Source: Candidatus Poseidoniales archaeon (GTDB lineage: Archaea > Thermoplasmatota > Poseidoniia > Poseidoniales > Thalassarchaeaceae). From it: DNA of 64,000 nucleotides. The notes beneath the pieces were generated by a model. The model worked only from the letters and a program-made list of their open reading frames with translations, had not been told where the DNA came from and did no database searches. A program made the translations under genes and the position numbers. Positions 1 through 8,991 of the stretch are shown here, one piece after another (position 1 is the stretch's first letter; each line of letters opens with the position of its first letter). The stretch lies in assembly GCA_003602515.1 (NCBI GenBank), contig QQSB01000003.1:15388-79387 (forward strand), written 5' to 3'.

Positions 1-12
1 GGTGAATGAGAG

Positions 13-870
13 ATGAAAGTATTGGGATCAGGTAGGTCAAACGGTGCCATTTCTATTCTCCATGCTTTGGGATCAGGCAGAGGGTGCTCAGTAGGGATCA
101 AGCTAGAAACACAGGTTCAGATCGTTAACCAGTCAAACGAAGTAACTGATGACAGTCATGGACTTCTGGCCTCTGTCGAGTATTGTTGGAGGGAGCAGGG
201 ACTCCCAATTCCAGATAAATTTGGATGGAATGTGGAGAGCACGGTTCCAATCGGACAAGGACTAAAGTCCAGCTCAGCTCTTTCATGTGCGGCCCTTAGG
301 GCTCTGAATTCTTACGCATGGACGGGACTATCCAATTCAGAAATTGCAGATCTATCTGCCAAGTCCCAGTTGATGTCAAATTGTGCAATCACAGGAAGTA
401 TGGATGACAATTGGGCATCTCTAGAACCCGGGTGGAAACTAGTCGATCCGAGTTTGGGAGCGTCTGATTCCATTATCATCCAAGGTGAGGTAGATGACAG
501 TCTGTCGGTACTAGTTTGTCTCAGAGGCAAGCGTTCTAGAGAAATATCTCTTACCAGATTCTCAGAACAAAGTCAGATTTTCGAGAGGTCATTGGCATCG
601 ATAATGAGTGGCGCTGCTCTTGATTGCCTGTCATCCAATGGAATGGCAGTCTCTGCTGCTACAGGTGATCACGAGGCTCTAAGGATAAGCAACCTATGTA
701 TTGCATCAGGCGCTGTAGCTTCTGGAATCAGCGGTTCCGGTCCGGCAATCGCAGTAGTTTGCTTCGAAGATGACATAGCATCCATATCCGAAATAATCGA
801 TGAAATGGGATATTCCTCTATACAAACACGATTTGTAAGCAATGCTTCACCAGTTGAGGAGGCATCTTGA
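13..870 (+). CDS. aroK: Archaeal GHMP-type shikimate kinase
   Basis: 285-aa ORF. GHMP motif PIGQGLKSSSALSCA. N-terminal NGAISILHALGSGRGCSVGIKL resembles archaeal (MJ1440-type) shikimate kinases. Its stop overlaps the aroC start (TGATG at 868-872). Confidence 0.7.
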   Translation: MKVLGSGRSNGAISILHALGSGRGCSVGIKLETQVQIVNQSNEVTDDSHGLLASVEYCWREQGLPIPDKFGWNVESTVPIGQGLKSSSALSCAALRALNSYAWTGLSNSEIADLSAKSQLMSNCAITGSMDDNWASLEPGWKLVDPSLGASDSIIIQGEVDDSLSVLVCLRGKRSREISLTRFSEQSQIFERSLASIMSGAALDCLSSNGMAVSAATGDHEALRISNLCIASGAVASGISGSGPAIAVVCFEDDIASISEIIDEMGYSSIQTRFVSNASPVEEAS

Positions 871-1964
871 TGGGAATGGGGTTGGGTAATCAGTTGAAGG
901 TGACACTATTCGGCGAGAGTCATGGCAAGTGTATCGGAGCTTTAGTAGAGGGTATTCCTCCTGGAATCGAAATCGATTTACAGACCCTTTCAGATGATCT
1001 TTCTAGGAGGAGGCCGGGCAGGAAAGGGCTGTCAGCAAGATTGGAACCCGATGAATGTGAGATACTATCTGGAGTCTACGAGGGTAAAGCCACCGGATGG
1101 CCACTTCTGATGCTAGTTCGGAATTCTGATGTTAGGTCATCAGACTACGCTTTCCTACCTGACCATCCTCGCCCCGGACATGCAGATATGGTTGAGGAGA
1201 TTAGATCCTCTGGATCCAGCGATCTTCGTGGGGGTGGCTCCCAATCAGCCAGACTCACATTGGGCCTAGTGTCAGCAGGAAGCCAAGTCCGGACAATCTT
1301 GGAAAACGCTGGATGGTCTTGTCATGCTCATCTGAGCAGAGTCGGGGATATCTCTGCAAGGCCACTGATAGAACTAGAGGAAACAGAACTAACTGATGAC
1401 GTGCCAGAAATGTCCAGACTCAATTGTCGTGACCCCGAAGCTGCTCCAAGAATGGCAGATTTGATCAAACGCATTCGGAGGGAGAGGGATTCTATCGGGT
1501 CCGTAGTTGAGTTGCTGATTCATGGATTGCCAATAGGTGTTGGAGAACCTTGGTTCGATGGCATCGAACCGTCTCTTGCAAGAGGCCTGATGGCAATTCC
1601 CGGAGCCAGGGCAATCGAGTTCTCGAACGGTGTAGAATCATCGCAGATGAGAGGCTCTGAGAACAATGACATGTGGATTCCAGGAATCGAGTCACCACAG
1701 TTGGAGGGTGCAGAAACCGGTGAAGCAGATGGGGCTCTGGGAGGGAGATCTACAGGATCCCCGATTAGAGTACTGGTCCACTTCAAACCACCGAGTAGTC
1801 TTCCCAGAGAGCAGTTCACGCTCCACCTTCCAAGTAATGAAACCAAACCCCTCAAGGTCGGAGGTAGGCATGACCCAGTTATCGGGCCAAGAGCCGCTCC
1901 TGTCGTAGAGGCGGTTGCAATGCTTGTGATTGCAGACCTGGGTTTGATGGGTGGATTCCTATGA
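870..1964 (+). CDS. aroC: Chorismate synthase
   Basis: N-terminal signature LKVTLFGESHGKCIGALVEGIPPG, plus RRRPGR and GGRHDPV motifs. The track start at 867 is TTG; ATG at 870 is preferred. Confidence 0.9.
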   Translation: MGMGLGNQLKVTLFGESHGKCIGALVEGIPPGIEIDLQTLSDDLSRRRPGRKGLSARLEPDECEILSGVYEGKATGWPLLMLVRNSDVRSSDYAFLPDHPRPGHADMVEEIRSSGSSDLRGGGSQSARLTLGLVSAGSQVRTILENAGWSCHAHLSRVGDISARPLIELEETELTDDVPEMSRLNCRDPEAAPRMADLIKRIRRERDSIGSVVELLIHGLPIGVGEPWFDGIEPSLARGLMAIPGARAIEFSNGVESSQMRGSENNDMWIPGIESPQLEGAETGEADGALGGRSTGSPIRVLVHFKPPSSLPREQFTLHLPSNETKPLKVGGRHDPVIGPRAAPVVEAVAMLVIADLGLMGGFL

Positions 1965-2891
1965 TTAGGACTGTCCCTCAAGATATTCTTGAATCCTAAG
2001 AGGAAGGTTGATTGCGAACATAGATGCAATCACAATGAAAACTAGAATTGTTCCTAGAGCAACCCCGTAAACGCTGGTCAACTCGACACTTTCCTCGAGC
2101 CTGTTTGCAGCCACAGGATCAAGAATACGAACGAAAAGAGGGACAAAGAAATTAATGAACAGAGTAAGGGTTGCCACTACTGCTGCAACTGCAGGGGTAT
2201 ATCCCAGTGCCCTGTTGTACCTATCAGTGATGCTTTTCACGTTCATTACGTAAACCTCTCCTGTCCTAATGGACGTATCCAGCATGGAGAAACGAATTAC
2301 TGCGCTTGATATCTCCATGTACACAACAAGGAAAACAGCATAGAGGATTAGAAGCAGTTTCTGGATTACCTCATTCTCCGGTAGGAAACTCAGACCAAAC
2401 TCAACTTTGCTGCCTGCAAACCTGATTGTCACTAGAATCAGGGTTACGTATGAAAGCAGCATTGCTCTCTGATCCCTCTGCCAAACTCCCCAGAAGCCAG
2501 ATATCAGTCCGACAAGAATCAGTAGCAGATGAAGCCATAGACCTAGGAAACCAACTCCGACCAAGTTAGTCAGGGCAAACCATGCTGTTCCGGAAACTGG
2601 GGTGAGCATGAATGTTAGGAAACTTAGGACTAGAAGGGATCCAATAGCTCCCATTTGGAGTGTTAAGACCATCCTATTTGGTGAAACAAACTCTCGGTTA
2701 ACCAGCACCGGTCCACCGAATATGGCATCAATCCAATTCGGAATCTCGACATCTGGAACTGCATCATCAGGAATCCCGGAGTCAGCCTTCATGGTTCCTG
2801 CAGCCTTCTTCCTGCTGGGTGCGGAAGATCTCACAACCTTCCCGTCATACAAGTGAGAGGTGTCTACAGGACCCTTTCCTTGTTCTGCCAT
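1965..2891 (-). CDS. Polytopic membrane protein, unknown function (last gene of the MoxR/DUF58 train)
   Basis: 308-aa ORF with an ATG start, a soluble N-terminus and then about 7 hydrophobic helices. It lies 13 nt downstream of the DUF58 gene on the same strand. Confidence 0.6.
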   Translation of the reverse strand: MAEQGKGPVDTSHLYDGKVVRSSAPSRKKAAGTMKADSGIPDDAVPDVEIPNWIDAIFGGPVLVNREFVSPNRMVLTLQMGAIGSLLVLSFLTFMLTPVSGTAWFALTNLVGVGFLGLWLHLLLILVGLISGFWGVWQRDQRAMLLSYVTLILVTIRFAGSKVEFGLSFLPENEVIQKLLLILYAVFLVVYMEISSAVIRFSMLDTSIRTGEVYVMNVKSITDRYNRALGYTPAVAAVVATLTLFINFFVPLFVRILDPVAANRLEESVELTSVYGVALGTILVFIVIASMFAINLPLRIQEYLEGQS

Positions 2892-2904
2892 CTAACCACC
2901 TACC

Positions 2905-4224
2905 TCAGAAGCCCCTTGCTCCAGCCAATGCTGTGAAAAGCAACATGTCAGGCTCCCAATCCATCACATAAGCACCGAGCCCTCTTAGTTCGGTCATCAA
3001 GATGTCCCTCTCAGTTTTTAGGACCTCATAACCCGTCCTATCGATCCTCCTAGCATCGAATTCGAACTCAAGACTACTTGGTGAGAGTACAGTAACTTCG
3101 AAGTTCCTAGCCCTGAGGTCTCGGACTGCATCCACTATCGTTGGATCGTCTTCTAAAGGAGAAAGGATGATTATCGGGCTTCCCCGGTGAATGTGGGGCA
3201 TTATTCTCGTGGTCACAATCTTGAGGGGAGTATTGCCCTTTGCCATGGCTCCTGCTAACTTGGTCAAGATGACATACAATTGCTTCTTTCCGGTATCCCT
3301 GTCTACAGAAACAATTTCATCCCCGTATACTACCAGTCCAACCGAGTCCCTCCTCGAGAGGAAGTGCTGAGTTAGACTGGCCGCGGCTCTTGTACTGTAA
3401 ACTAGCGAATTCCTGCTCACAGGACCAGTTTCGCTAACTGATCTGCTATCTACTAGGATGATTACATCGCTCACAGCATCCCTTTCGAATTCGTTCACCA
3501 TCATCTTCCCATCCTGCCTTGCAGTAGCCTTCCAGTTAATTTTCCTCATTGGGTCGCCGGGCAGGTATTCTCTGAGGTTGTAGAAATTAGAACCCTCGCC
3601 GGGGTTTCTGATGTTCACTGCTCCAGTGAAAATCTTAGGCACTCTGCTCTTTATCATCGCATCCTTGATATCTTCCATCTTTGGGAAAACCAAGAAGTCA
3701 TCGTATAGCTGAACCTCTTTCTCATTGTGGAATAGGCCAAGCTCATCCTGAACTCTGATGCAAACTGGGCCAATCGTGTAGAAGCCTCTGAGGGGTGTCT
3801 CGATGGTGTAAGATATCTCAGTCTCTCTCTTCGGTCCGATTTCCATTAGGACGTAGTTGGATCCCTTCTTGATCCTCATGACCTCCGGAACCCTGTCTCG
3901 TAGTTCGAGCACCTTTGCCAAGCCTGATCTATTCTGGATTCTCAGGGTTACGTCAATCTCCCCATCCTCGAAAACTCTGGAGGTCGAGGTCTTCCTCATC
4001 GCTACAATGCTCTGAAGTTGTACACCTTCGTCCATAATTGCCTCTTCTACCCTCCTTCCCGAGGAAGCAACATCGCCATGGGCAGTTCTCAGGGCCGCCC
4101 AGGTCAGGAATGAAAGCAGAACCACTGCGACTGTCACCAATTGCTGGTTACGCAGAACTAGGCCAAGGAGATACATCGCTACCGAAAGCGATGCAAACAT
4201 CGCTGATTTTCGGCTCCAGGCCAC
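2905..4224 (-). CDS. DUF58-family protein (VWA-like, MoxR partner)
   Basis: Two N-terminal TM helices, then the characteristic REYLPGDPMRKINWKATAR motif and a VWA-like VIILVDSRS segment. It lies directly downstream of MoxR. The start at 4224 is GTG; an alternative ATG is at 4200. Confidence 0.75.
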   Translation of the reverse strand: MAWSRKSAMFASLSVAMYLLGLVLRNQQLVTVAVVLLSFLTWAALRTAHGDVASSGRRVEEAIMDEGVQLQSIVAMRKTSTSRVFEDGEIDVTLRIQNRSGLAKVLELRDRVPEVMRIKKGSNYVLMEIGPKRETEISYTIETPLRGFYTIGPVCIRVQDELGLFHNEKEVQLYDDFLVFPKMEDIKDAMIKSRVPKIFTGAVNIRNPGEGSNFYNLREYLPGDPMRKINWKATARQDGKMMVNEFERDAVSDVIILVDSRSVSETGPVSRNSLVYSTRAAASLTQHFLSRRDSVGLVVYGDEIVSVDRDTGKKQLYVILTKLAGAMAKGNTPLKIVTTRIMPHIHRGSPIIILSPLEDDPTIVDAVRDLRARNFEVTVLSPSSLEFEFDARRIDRTGYEVLKTERDILMTELRGLGAYVMDWEPDMLLFTALAGARGF

Positions 4225-4243
4225 CTTTCCACCCCGACATCAC

Positions 4244-5317
4244 TCAGACGGTCGGGACATTCGCTGCATTCTTCCCATGTAGAATATCTCGGATGACCTC
4301 TCCGGTTTCCAGTCCCTTAATCTGATGCTCTGGCTTTAGTATGATTCTGTGCGCAACTGCCAGTTCTGCAATCGACTTCACGTCATCTGGGGTGACGAAG
4401 TCCCTGCCTCGCATGGCTGCAACCGCTCTGCTAGTCTTCAACAGTGCCTGTGAGCCTCGAGGCGAAGAACCAACGAGGACTCTGGGATCCTCCCTAGTCC
4501 TAGCCACAATGTCCACCATGTACTCTCTGACCGACCTGTCGACATACACCTCCTCACAGGAATTCTGCATCTTGACTACGATGCTTGGGTCGGTGATGCT
4601 GTTTACTTCCACATCATCGGTCTTACGATTGATTCTTCTCTGGAGTATCTCGTTCTCGTCAGCCCTGTCAGGATAGCCGACCATCATCTTCATCATGAAT
4701 CTGTCAAGTTGAGCCTCTGGTAGGGGGTATGTACCCTCTTGCTCGACCGGATTCTGAGTAGCCATAGTTAGGAAAGGAGAAGGGAGTTTGTGCGTGACAA
4801 CCCCTATTGTCACTTGCTTCTCTTGCATGGCCTCTAATAGAGCAGCCTGAGTCTTCGGAGGTGCTCTGTTGATCTCGTCCGAAAGTAGGAGATTGCAGAA
4901 AATAGGTCCAGGTTTGAAGGTAAACTCACCCTTCTTGGCATCGTATATGTTGGTCCCTGTGATGTCAGCTGGAAGCAAGTCAGGGGTGAATTGCACTCTT
5001 TTGAAGTCGCATCCCAGCGCATCTGCGAAGGTGTTGGTCATCAGAGTCTTCGCTAGACCAGGGAAATCCTCGAACAGAAGATTTCCATTGGACAGGATAT
5101 CCACCATAACGTTGTCAATAACATGTGATTTCCCAATGATTACCTTCTGGACTTCTGTGCTTATTGCCGACCCCATTGCCCCGGTAGCCGCTAATACCTC
5201 GTCTTTCTTACTCGATCCACGTGCCTCCTGTGCCTTCTTGGCCAATACTGCATCATGTGCACCCGAATCGGGTGCCTGCATCCCTTTTACTGATTCTGTT
5301 TCACTCATTTTTTTCAC
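4244..5317 (-). CDS. MoxR-type AAA+ ATPase
   Basis: LFEDFPGLAKT (Walker A variant typical of MoxR), LLSDEINRAPPKTQAALLEAMQE (Walker B / sensor) and a C-terminal SPRGSQALLKTSRAVAAMRGRDFVTPDDV lid motif. Confidence 0.9.
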   Translation of the reverse strand: MKKMSETESVKGMQAPDSGAHDAVLAKKAQEARGSSKKDEVLAATGAMGSAISTEVQKVIIGKSHVIDNVMVDILSNGNLLFEDFPGLAKTLMTNTFADALGCDFKRVQFTPDLLPADITGTNIYDAKKGEFTFKPGPIFCNLLLSDEINRAPPKTQAALLEAMQEKQVTIGVVTHKLPSPFLTMATQNPVEQEGTYPLPEAQLDRFMMKMMVGYPDRADENEILQRRINRKTDDVEVNSITDPSIVVKMQNSCEEVYVDRSVREYMVDIVARTREDPRVLVGSSPRGSQALLKTSRAVAAMRGRDFVTPDDVKSIAELAVAHRIILKPEHQIKGLETGEVIRDILHGKNAANVPTV

Positions 5318-5325
5318 TCCATTTG

Positions 5326-6936
5326 TTAGTTATTTTTTCCCCATCGGCGAATGGTTTGCATCAACTTGCGCAACTCTTGAGGCGTGTACGTCCGGCTTTG
5401 GCTATAAGCCAATTCCACGAGACGTGGATCTCCAATCATCGCCTGAACTTCCGGCGGAGGCCTCATTGCCATCTCGTCCCGAGTCAAATCATGGTGAATC
5501 CTCACCTTGGTAAGAAGCGCCCTCCTCACTCTGTCCCTATACGTTGCCGGGTCTAGCTTATCGGGACGCTGGTTGAATTTTGTTAGGTCGAAAACGTGCC
5601 TCCAGTTCTCCTTTTCAGGAACTACCATCATGGCTACGAGCAGAAGAAGGGCTACATTGAGGACGACTAACCACTTCAGGAACTGGTTGGATGTAAGCAG
5701 AACGACCGTACCCATAGTCTGAACAAATGGTTCCGAGAGAACCCCAGTAACGTGCCTGCTCTCATCAAAAACAACTTGGAAGTTGGCCGGATCTGATCTT
5801 ATTGGGGCGTTAAGCTCTACATTGTCGAATTCCATCATGTCGTAGACTAGAAGCGTGAAAAACCTCTCATTACCTCCCCAATCATTGTTATTCAGGATCT
5901 CCTGGGTCCAGCAGTTGTTCCGAGTGTAATCTCCGATAGCCGAGCAGTCCTGGCTCAGACCTTGATCCTGAGCAACCGCTAAATCCCATAGCAGGTTCGA
6001 GAAAGCCTCGTCATCAGAGACGAAAACTATGCTTCCAGTTACTTCCAATTCCCCCACTCCAGCTGAGAATGCCCCCCTGCTCTCATCAGCAACCTTGTCG
6101 AGGACCTTTATCCCCGGGTAGTCGAACCTCATCATTAGCCTCAGATCGCCAGTAGCCGGATTCGCTGGATTTGTAGGATCGCCATCGCCAGCTCTGTCAA
6201 TAAAGGCGGAAGGAGACGCTCTACCTAGAGTCATTATTTTTCTGTGCTCCGGATCTTCAATATCCCTGTCTGTAGGTTCGAACATCATTCCAGTTGGGCC
6301 TTTGTACATCACTGGTAGCCTACAATCATTCAAACCATCTGGGTTCTGGATTTGGAATGATGTACAACCCTGCATTAGCGCTCCGGGGGACATATCGTCT
6401 ATGTTCTGATTTACCGGAGATGCGCTCCAGACGTTCCCCCAGTCGATGAATTGTTCAGATTGTTCAGTGAAAACCCAATGCTGCTTATCGTCTTTCAATG
6501 GCGCATCCATGTACCTGACGCCGAATAAAATGGCAAGGTTATGGGCTTGCGTGTTATCAGCTGCAACAATCACCTTCCCTCCCTTTTCCGTGACAAAGCG
6601 GAAAATCTCATCCGCTTCAGTTTGATCAATTGGCTTTTCAGGTGCGATTATCGTCAGAAGTGTACGATGTGGATCTTTCCAGTCATTGACGAGCATAGGT
6701 GTGGACATAGTATTGGCGACATAGTATCCATCGTCCCTGTTCTCCACGTACTCGCCTTCGAAACTCTCTCTCATATCGGATAATTGCCCCAGCCCGCTAT
6801 CATCGTAAGCCGAGTAATTTGTTGATTTTCCGACTACGAAGAACATGGGCAGAACTAGCAGCATAATCGATGTAATTACCAAGGCATACATTACATTCCT
6901 GTTGAATCGATCTTCGCCATCCACTTCATCTGGCAT
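5326..6936 (-). CDS. DUF4350-like membrane-anchored protein
   Basis: N-terminal TM, an extracytoplasmic domain with IIAPEKPIDQTEADEIFRFVTEKGGKVIVAADN (GldG/DUF4350-like), a second TM near residue 420 and a basic cytoplasmic tail. It lies upstream of MoxR, as in many MoxR-DUF58 operons. Confidence 0.55.
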   Translation of the reverse strand: MPDEVDGEDRFNRNVMYALVITSIMLLVLPMFFVVGKSTNYSAYDDSGLGQLSDMRESFEGEYVENRDDGYYVANTMSTPMLVNDWKDPHRTLLTIIAPEKPIDQTEADEIFRFVTEKGGKVIVAADNTQAHNLAILFGVRYMDAPLKDDKQHWVFTEQSEQFIDWGNVWSASPVNQNIDDMSPGALMQGCTSFQIQNPDGLNDCRLPVMYKGPTGMMFEPTDRDIEDPEHRKIMTLGRASPSAFIDRAGDGDPTNPANPATGDLRLMMRFDYPGIKVLDKVADESRGAFSAGVGELEVTGSIVFVSDDEAFSNLLWDLAVAQDQGLSQDCSAIGDYTRNNCWTQEILNNNDWGGNERFFTLLVYDMMEFDNVELNAPIRSDPANFQVVFDESRHVTGVLSEPFVQTMGTVVLLTSNQFLKWLVVLNVALLLLVAMMVVPEKENWRHVFDLTKFNQRPDKLDPATYRDRVRRALLTKVRIHHDLTRDEMAMRPPPEVQAMIGDPRLVELAYSQSRTYTPQELRKLMQTIRRWGKNN

Positions 6937-7051
6937 TCTTCAAACCCCCTCTAAGTAGGACCACTGGCCCAAGCAGCAACTGCCGGACAATCAAATCACG
7001 GTTATATGTTGCTGAGCGAAGTTCATTTTACTAGCCGGTATCGCGTTTTGC

Positions 7052-8008
7052 TCAGAATTTTTTTTCCCCTTCCGCTCTGCCGAAGAATAGAGCCCCTAGA
7101 AACCCTGAGATTGCCATAATTGCTCCTGGTGCGGGTAGATTAGACTCAATTGAGTCCTCAGTATCACTACTTCCCCCTCCTTGGTCGGAGGAACCAGAAT
7201 CTCCTGATGGAGGTGGCTCAACTGTGATTCTCACCTCTCCCTCTGCGATAGCATTTCCTCCTCCTGACATCTCTCTCTTTGAAGTCACTGTTACCGTGAT
7301 ATCACAATGCCTCTTTGGATGGCTCTCCGAGGCCGTAACTTTGAGGTTAGCATCCTTTTCACTACCTGCCTCGATGTTCCCACTAAGTAGTGAGTCCAGG
7401 CCATTATCGGTGGACATTAGAGGGCAGTCGTCCTTGACATCGACTTCTCCGACTCCGTCCTGAGCATTTCCATTATTTGTCACAGTGACTGTGACGATTG
7501 TGTCCGAACCTGCATTCATTGGTCCGAAGGGCTCATCAATTTCTACTGCTAGATCAAAAATAGATGGAATCTCGAGGTCTCCTTCCTTGTTCTGCGAGGA
7601 TGATAGGGGGTCAGGAACTCCCTGCCTTGCCGTTATCGTCGCAGTAATCGAGAACTTCTCCTTCTTTTCCGCATCATGGGATAGAACGTCTATCCCGCTT
7701 ATCTTGAGTTCGAATGACTCATTCGAACCTGCTGATATGGTCTCTCCATCGGGGGCCTCGAGATCTCCACTGAATGGGATATTGAACTCGAACTCAACGG
7801 TTATTTCCGTCAGTCCGGAGTTTTCTACGAAGAAATCAACCTTGGTAGAACCCTGATCCGATAGAATAAATGCGTTTGTTGAGTCTTCTCCAGGGTAGTT
7901 AATGCCCAATTCCCAAGAATCTAGCTCTTGTGACGAAGCCGGAGTAGTCGCGAAAAGAGACAATGTCAGGACGGCCCCTAGGAGAATTGAGGCAGACCTA
8001 GAAACCAT
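7052..8008 (-). CDS. Secreted CARDB-like surface protein with a C-terminal TM anchor
   Basis: Signal peptide MVSRSASILLGAVLTLSLFATTPASS. Beta-rich repeats (TVTVTNNGNAQDG). A Ser/Gly/Asp linker followed by APGAIMAISGFLGALFFGR. ATG at 8008 shares one nt with the stop of the upstream FAD-subunit gene (TGATG). Confidence 0.6.
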   Translation of the reverse strand: MVSRSASILLGAVLTLSLFATTPASSQELDSWELGINYPGEDSTNAFILSDQGSTKVDFFVENSGLTEITVEFEFNIPFSGDLEAPDGETISAGSNESFELKISGIDVLSHDAEKKEKFSITATITARQGVPDPLSSSQNKEGDLEIPSIFDLAVEIDEPFGPMNAGSDTIVTVTVTNNGNAQDGVGEVDVKDDCPLMSTDNGLDSLLSGNIEAGSEKDANLKVTASESHPKRHCDITVTVTSKREMSGGGNAIAEGEVRITVEPPPSGDSGSSDQGGGSSDTEDSIESNLPAPGAIMAISGFLGALFFGRAEGEKKF

Positions 8009-8991
8009 CAAACCACCAGTAAGTCCCTACAAGCCCTCTTCGTCAACACCTTCACCATCTTCCTTCTATATGATGGGGAGAACCAAGTGTTCTGCACTGG
8101 CTTTACCGCCTTTCTGATAGACTCCGCGAGGACTTCAACAGTTTCAGCACCGCGCCAACTTGATACGGCCTTCTCAGCCTCTTCCGAATGGAGACTAGGG
8201 ATAGACTCGAGACCAGTCGTCGCAACTCGTAGATTTTCAGGAGCTCCGCTCGAACCTCCTCTCCAAAGTACGGCAACGCCTGCTTCGGGGAAGTCCCATG
8301 ACTCTCGTTGCCTAAGTTTCTGGTAATCTCCATGCCATTCTGAGGAATCTTCTGGGATGGTGATGTGAGTCACCAACTCACTCTTTTCGAGTATATTTCT
8401 TTTCATCCCATCTAACTCAAAGAACTCACCAAGGGGAAGAGATCGAGTCCCTGCTGGTGAGGCCAGATGTATCGTTGCATCGAGACACATCAGTACTGGG
8501 GCCAGATCTGCTTGATATGTCGCGACACATAGGGTGTTCTGATTGGGAATGACCCTGCAATCTGCTCCTGTTCCACAATCGCACTTGTGACACCAGTCGA
8601 TCGACTCACGCCATGTCTCAGATTGGTTAATCCAATAGCACCTCGTATCCAAGCAAATGTTTCCTCCAACTGTTCCAGATTTTCTAATTAGAACGCTGGC
8701 AATGGAATTTGCTGCCTTGGCTAGAACTGGATGGGTGGATCCGGCTCCCGCCAATTCAGCAACGCTAACCATTGCACCTATGTGCGTCTCACTCAACTCT
8801 CTTAATTCTGGAATCGAAGATAACGAAATTACATGACTCTTCACATTGATATGCCATTTGTAGTTAGGCAATAGATCGGTCCCCCCAGCAATCCAGTCAA
8901 AATCCTCTCCAGATTCAGAAAGCTCTTTTGACATATCCAGAGCCTCATCAAGGCTCTTTGGCGATAGTACCTTGAATGGCGGCATCTTCAT
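8008..8991 (-). CDS. Molybdoenzyme medium (FAD-binding) subunit, CoxM/XdhB-like, with a Cys-rich insertion
   Basis: FAD_binding_5-type motifs AGGTDLLP and TVGGNIC, plus a C-terminal CO_deh_flav_C-like part. The start MKMPPFKV forms an ATGA overlap with the large-subunit stop (8988-8991). Confidence 0.85.
   Translation of the reverse strand: MKMPPFKVLSPKSLDEALDMSKELSESGEDFDWIAGGTDLLPNYKWHINVKSHVISLSSIPELRELSETHIGAMVSVAELAGAGSTHPVLAKAANSIASVLIRKSGTVGGNICLDTRCYWINQSETWRESIDWCHKCDCGTGADCRVIPNQNTLCVATYQADLAPVLMCLDATIHLASPAGTRSLPLGEFFELDGMKRNILEKSELVTHITIPEDSSEWHGDYQKLRQRESWDFPEAGVAVLWRGGSSGAPENLRVATTGLESIPSLHSEEAEKAVSSWRGAETVEVLAESIRKAVKPVQNTWFSPSYRRKMVKVLTKRACRDLLVV

Noticed and set aside
4869-5556. 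214-aa and 111-aa plus-strand ORFs over the MoxR and DUF4350-like genes
   Set aside because: They are antisense to genes with clear AAA+ motifs. This is the typical long shadow ORF of moderately GC-rich coding DNA.
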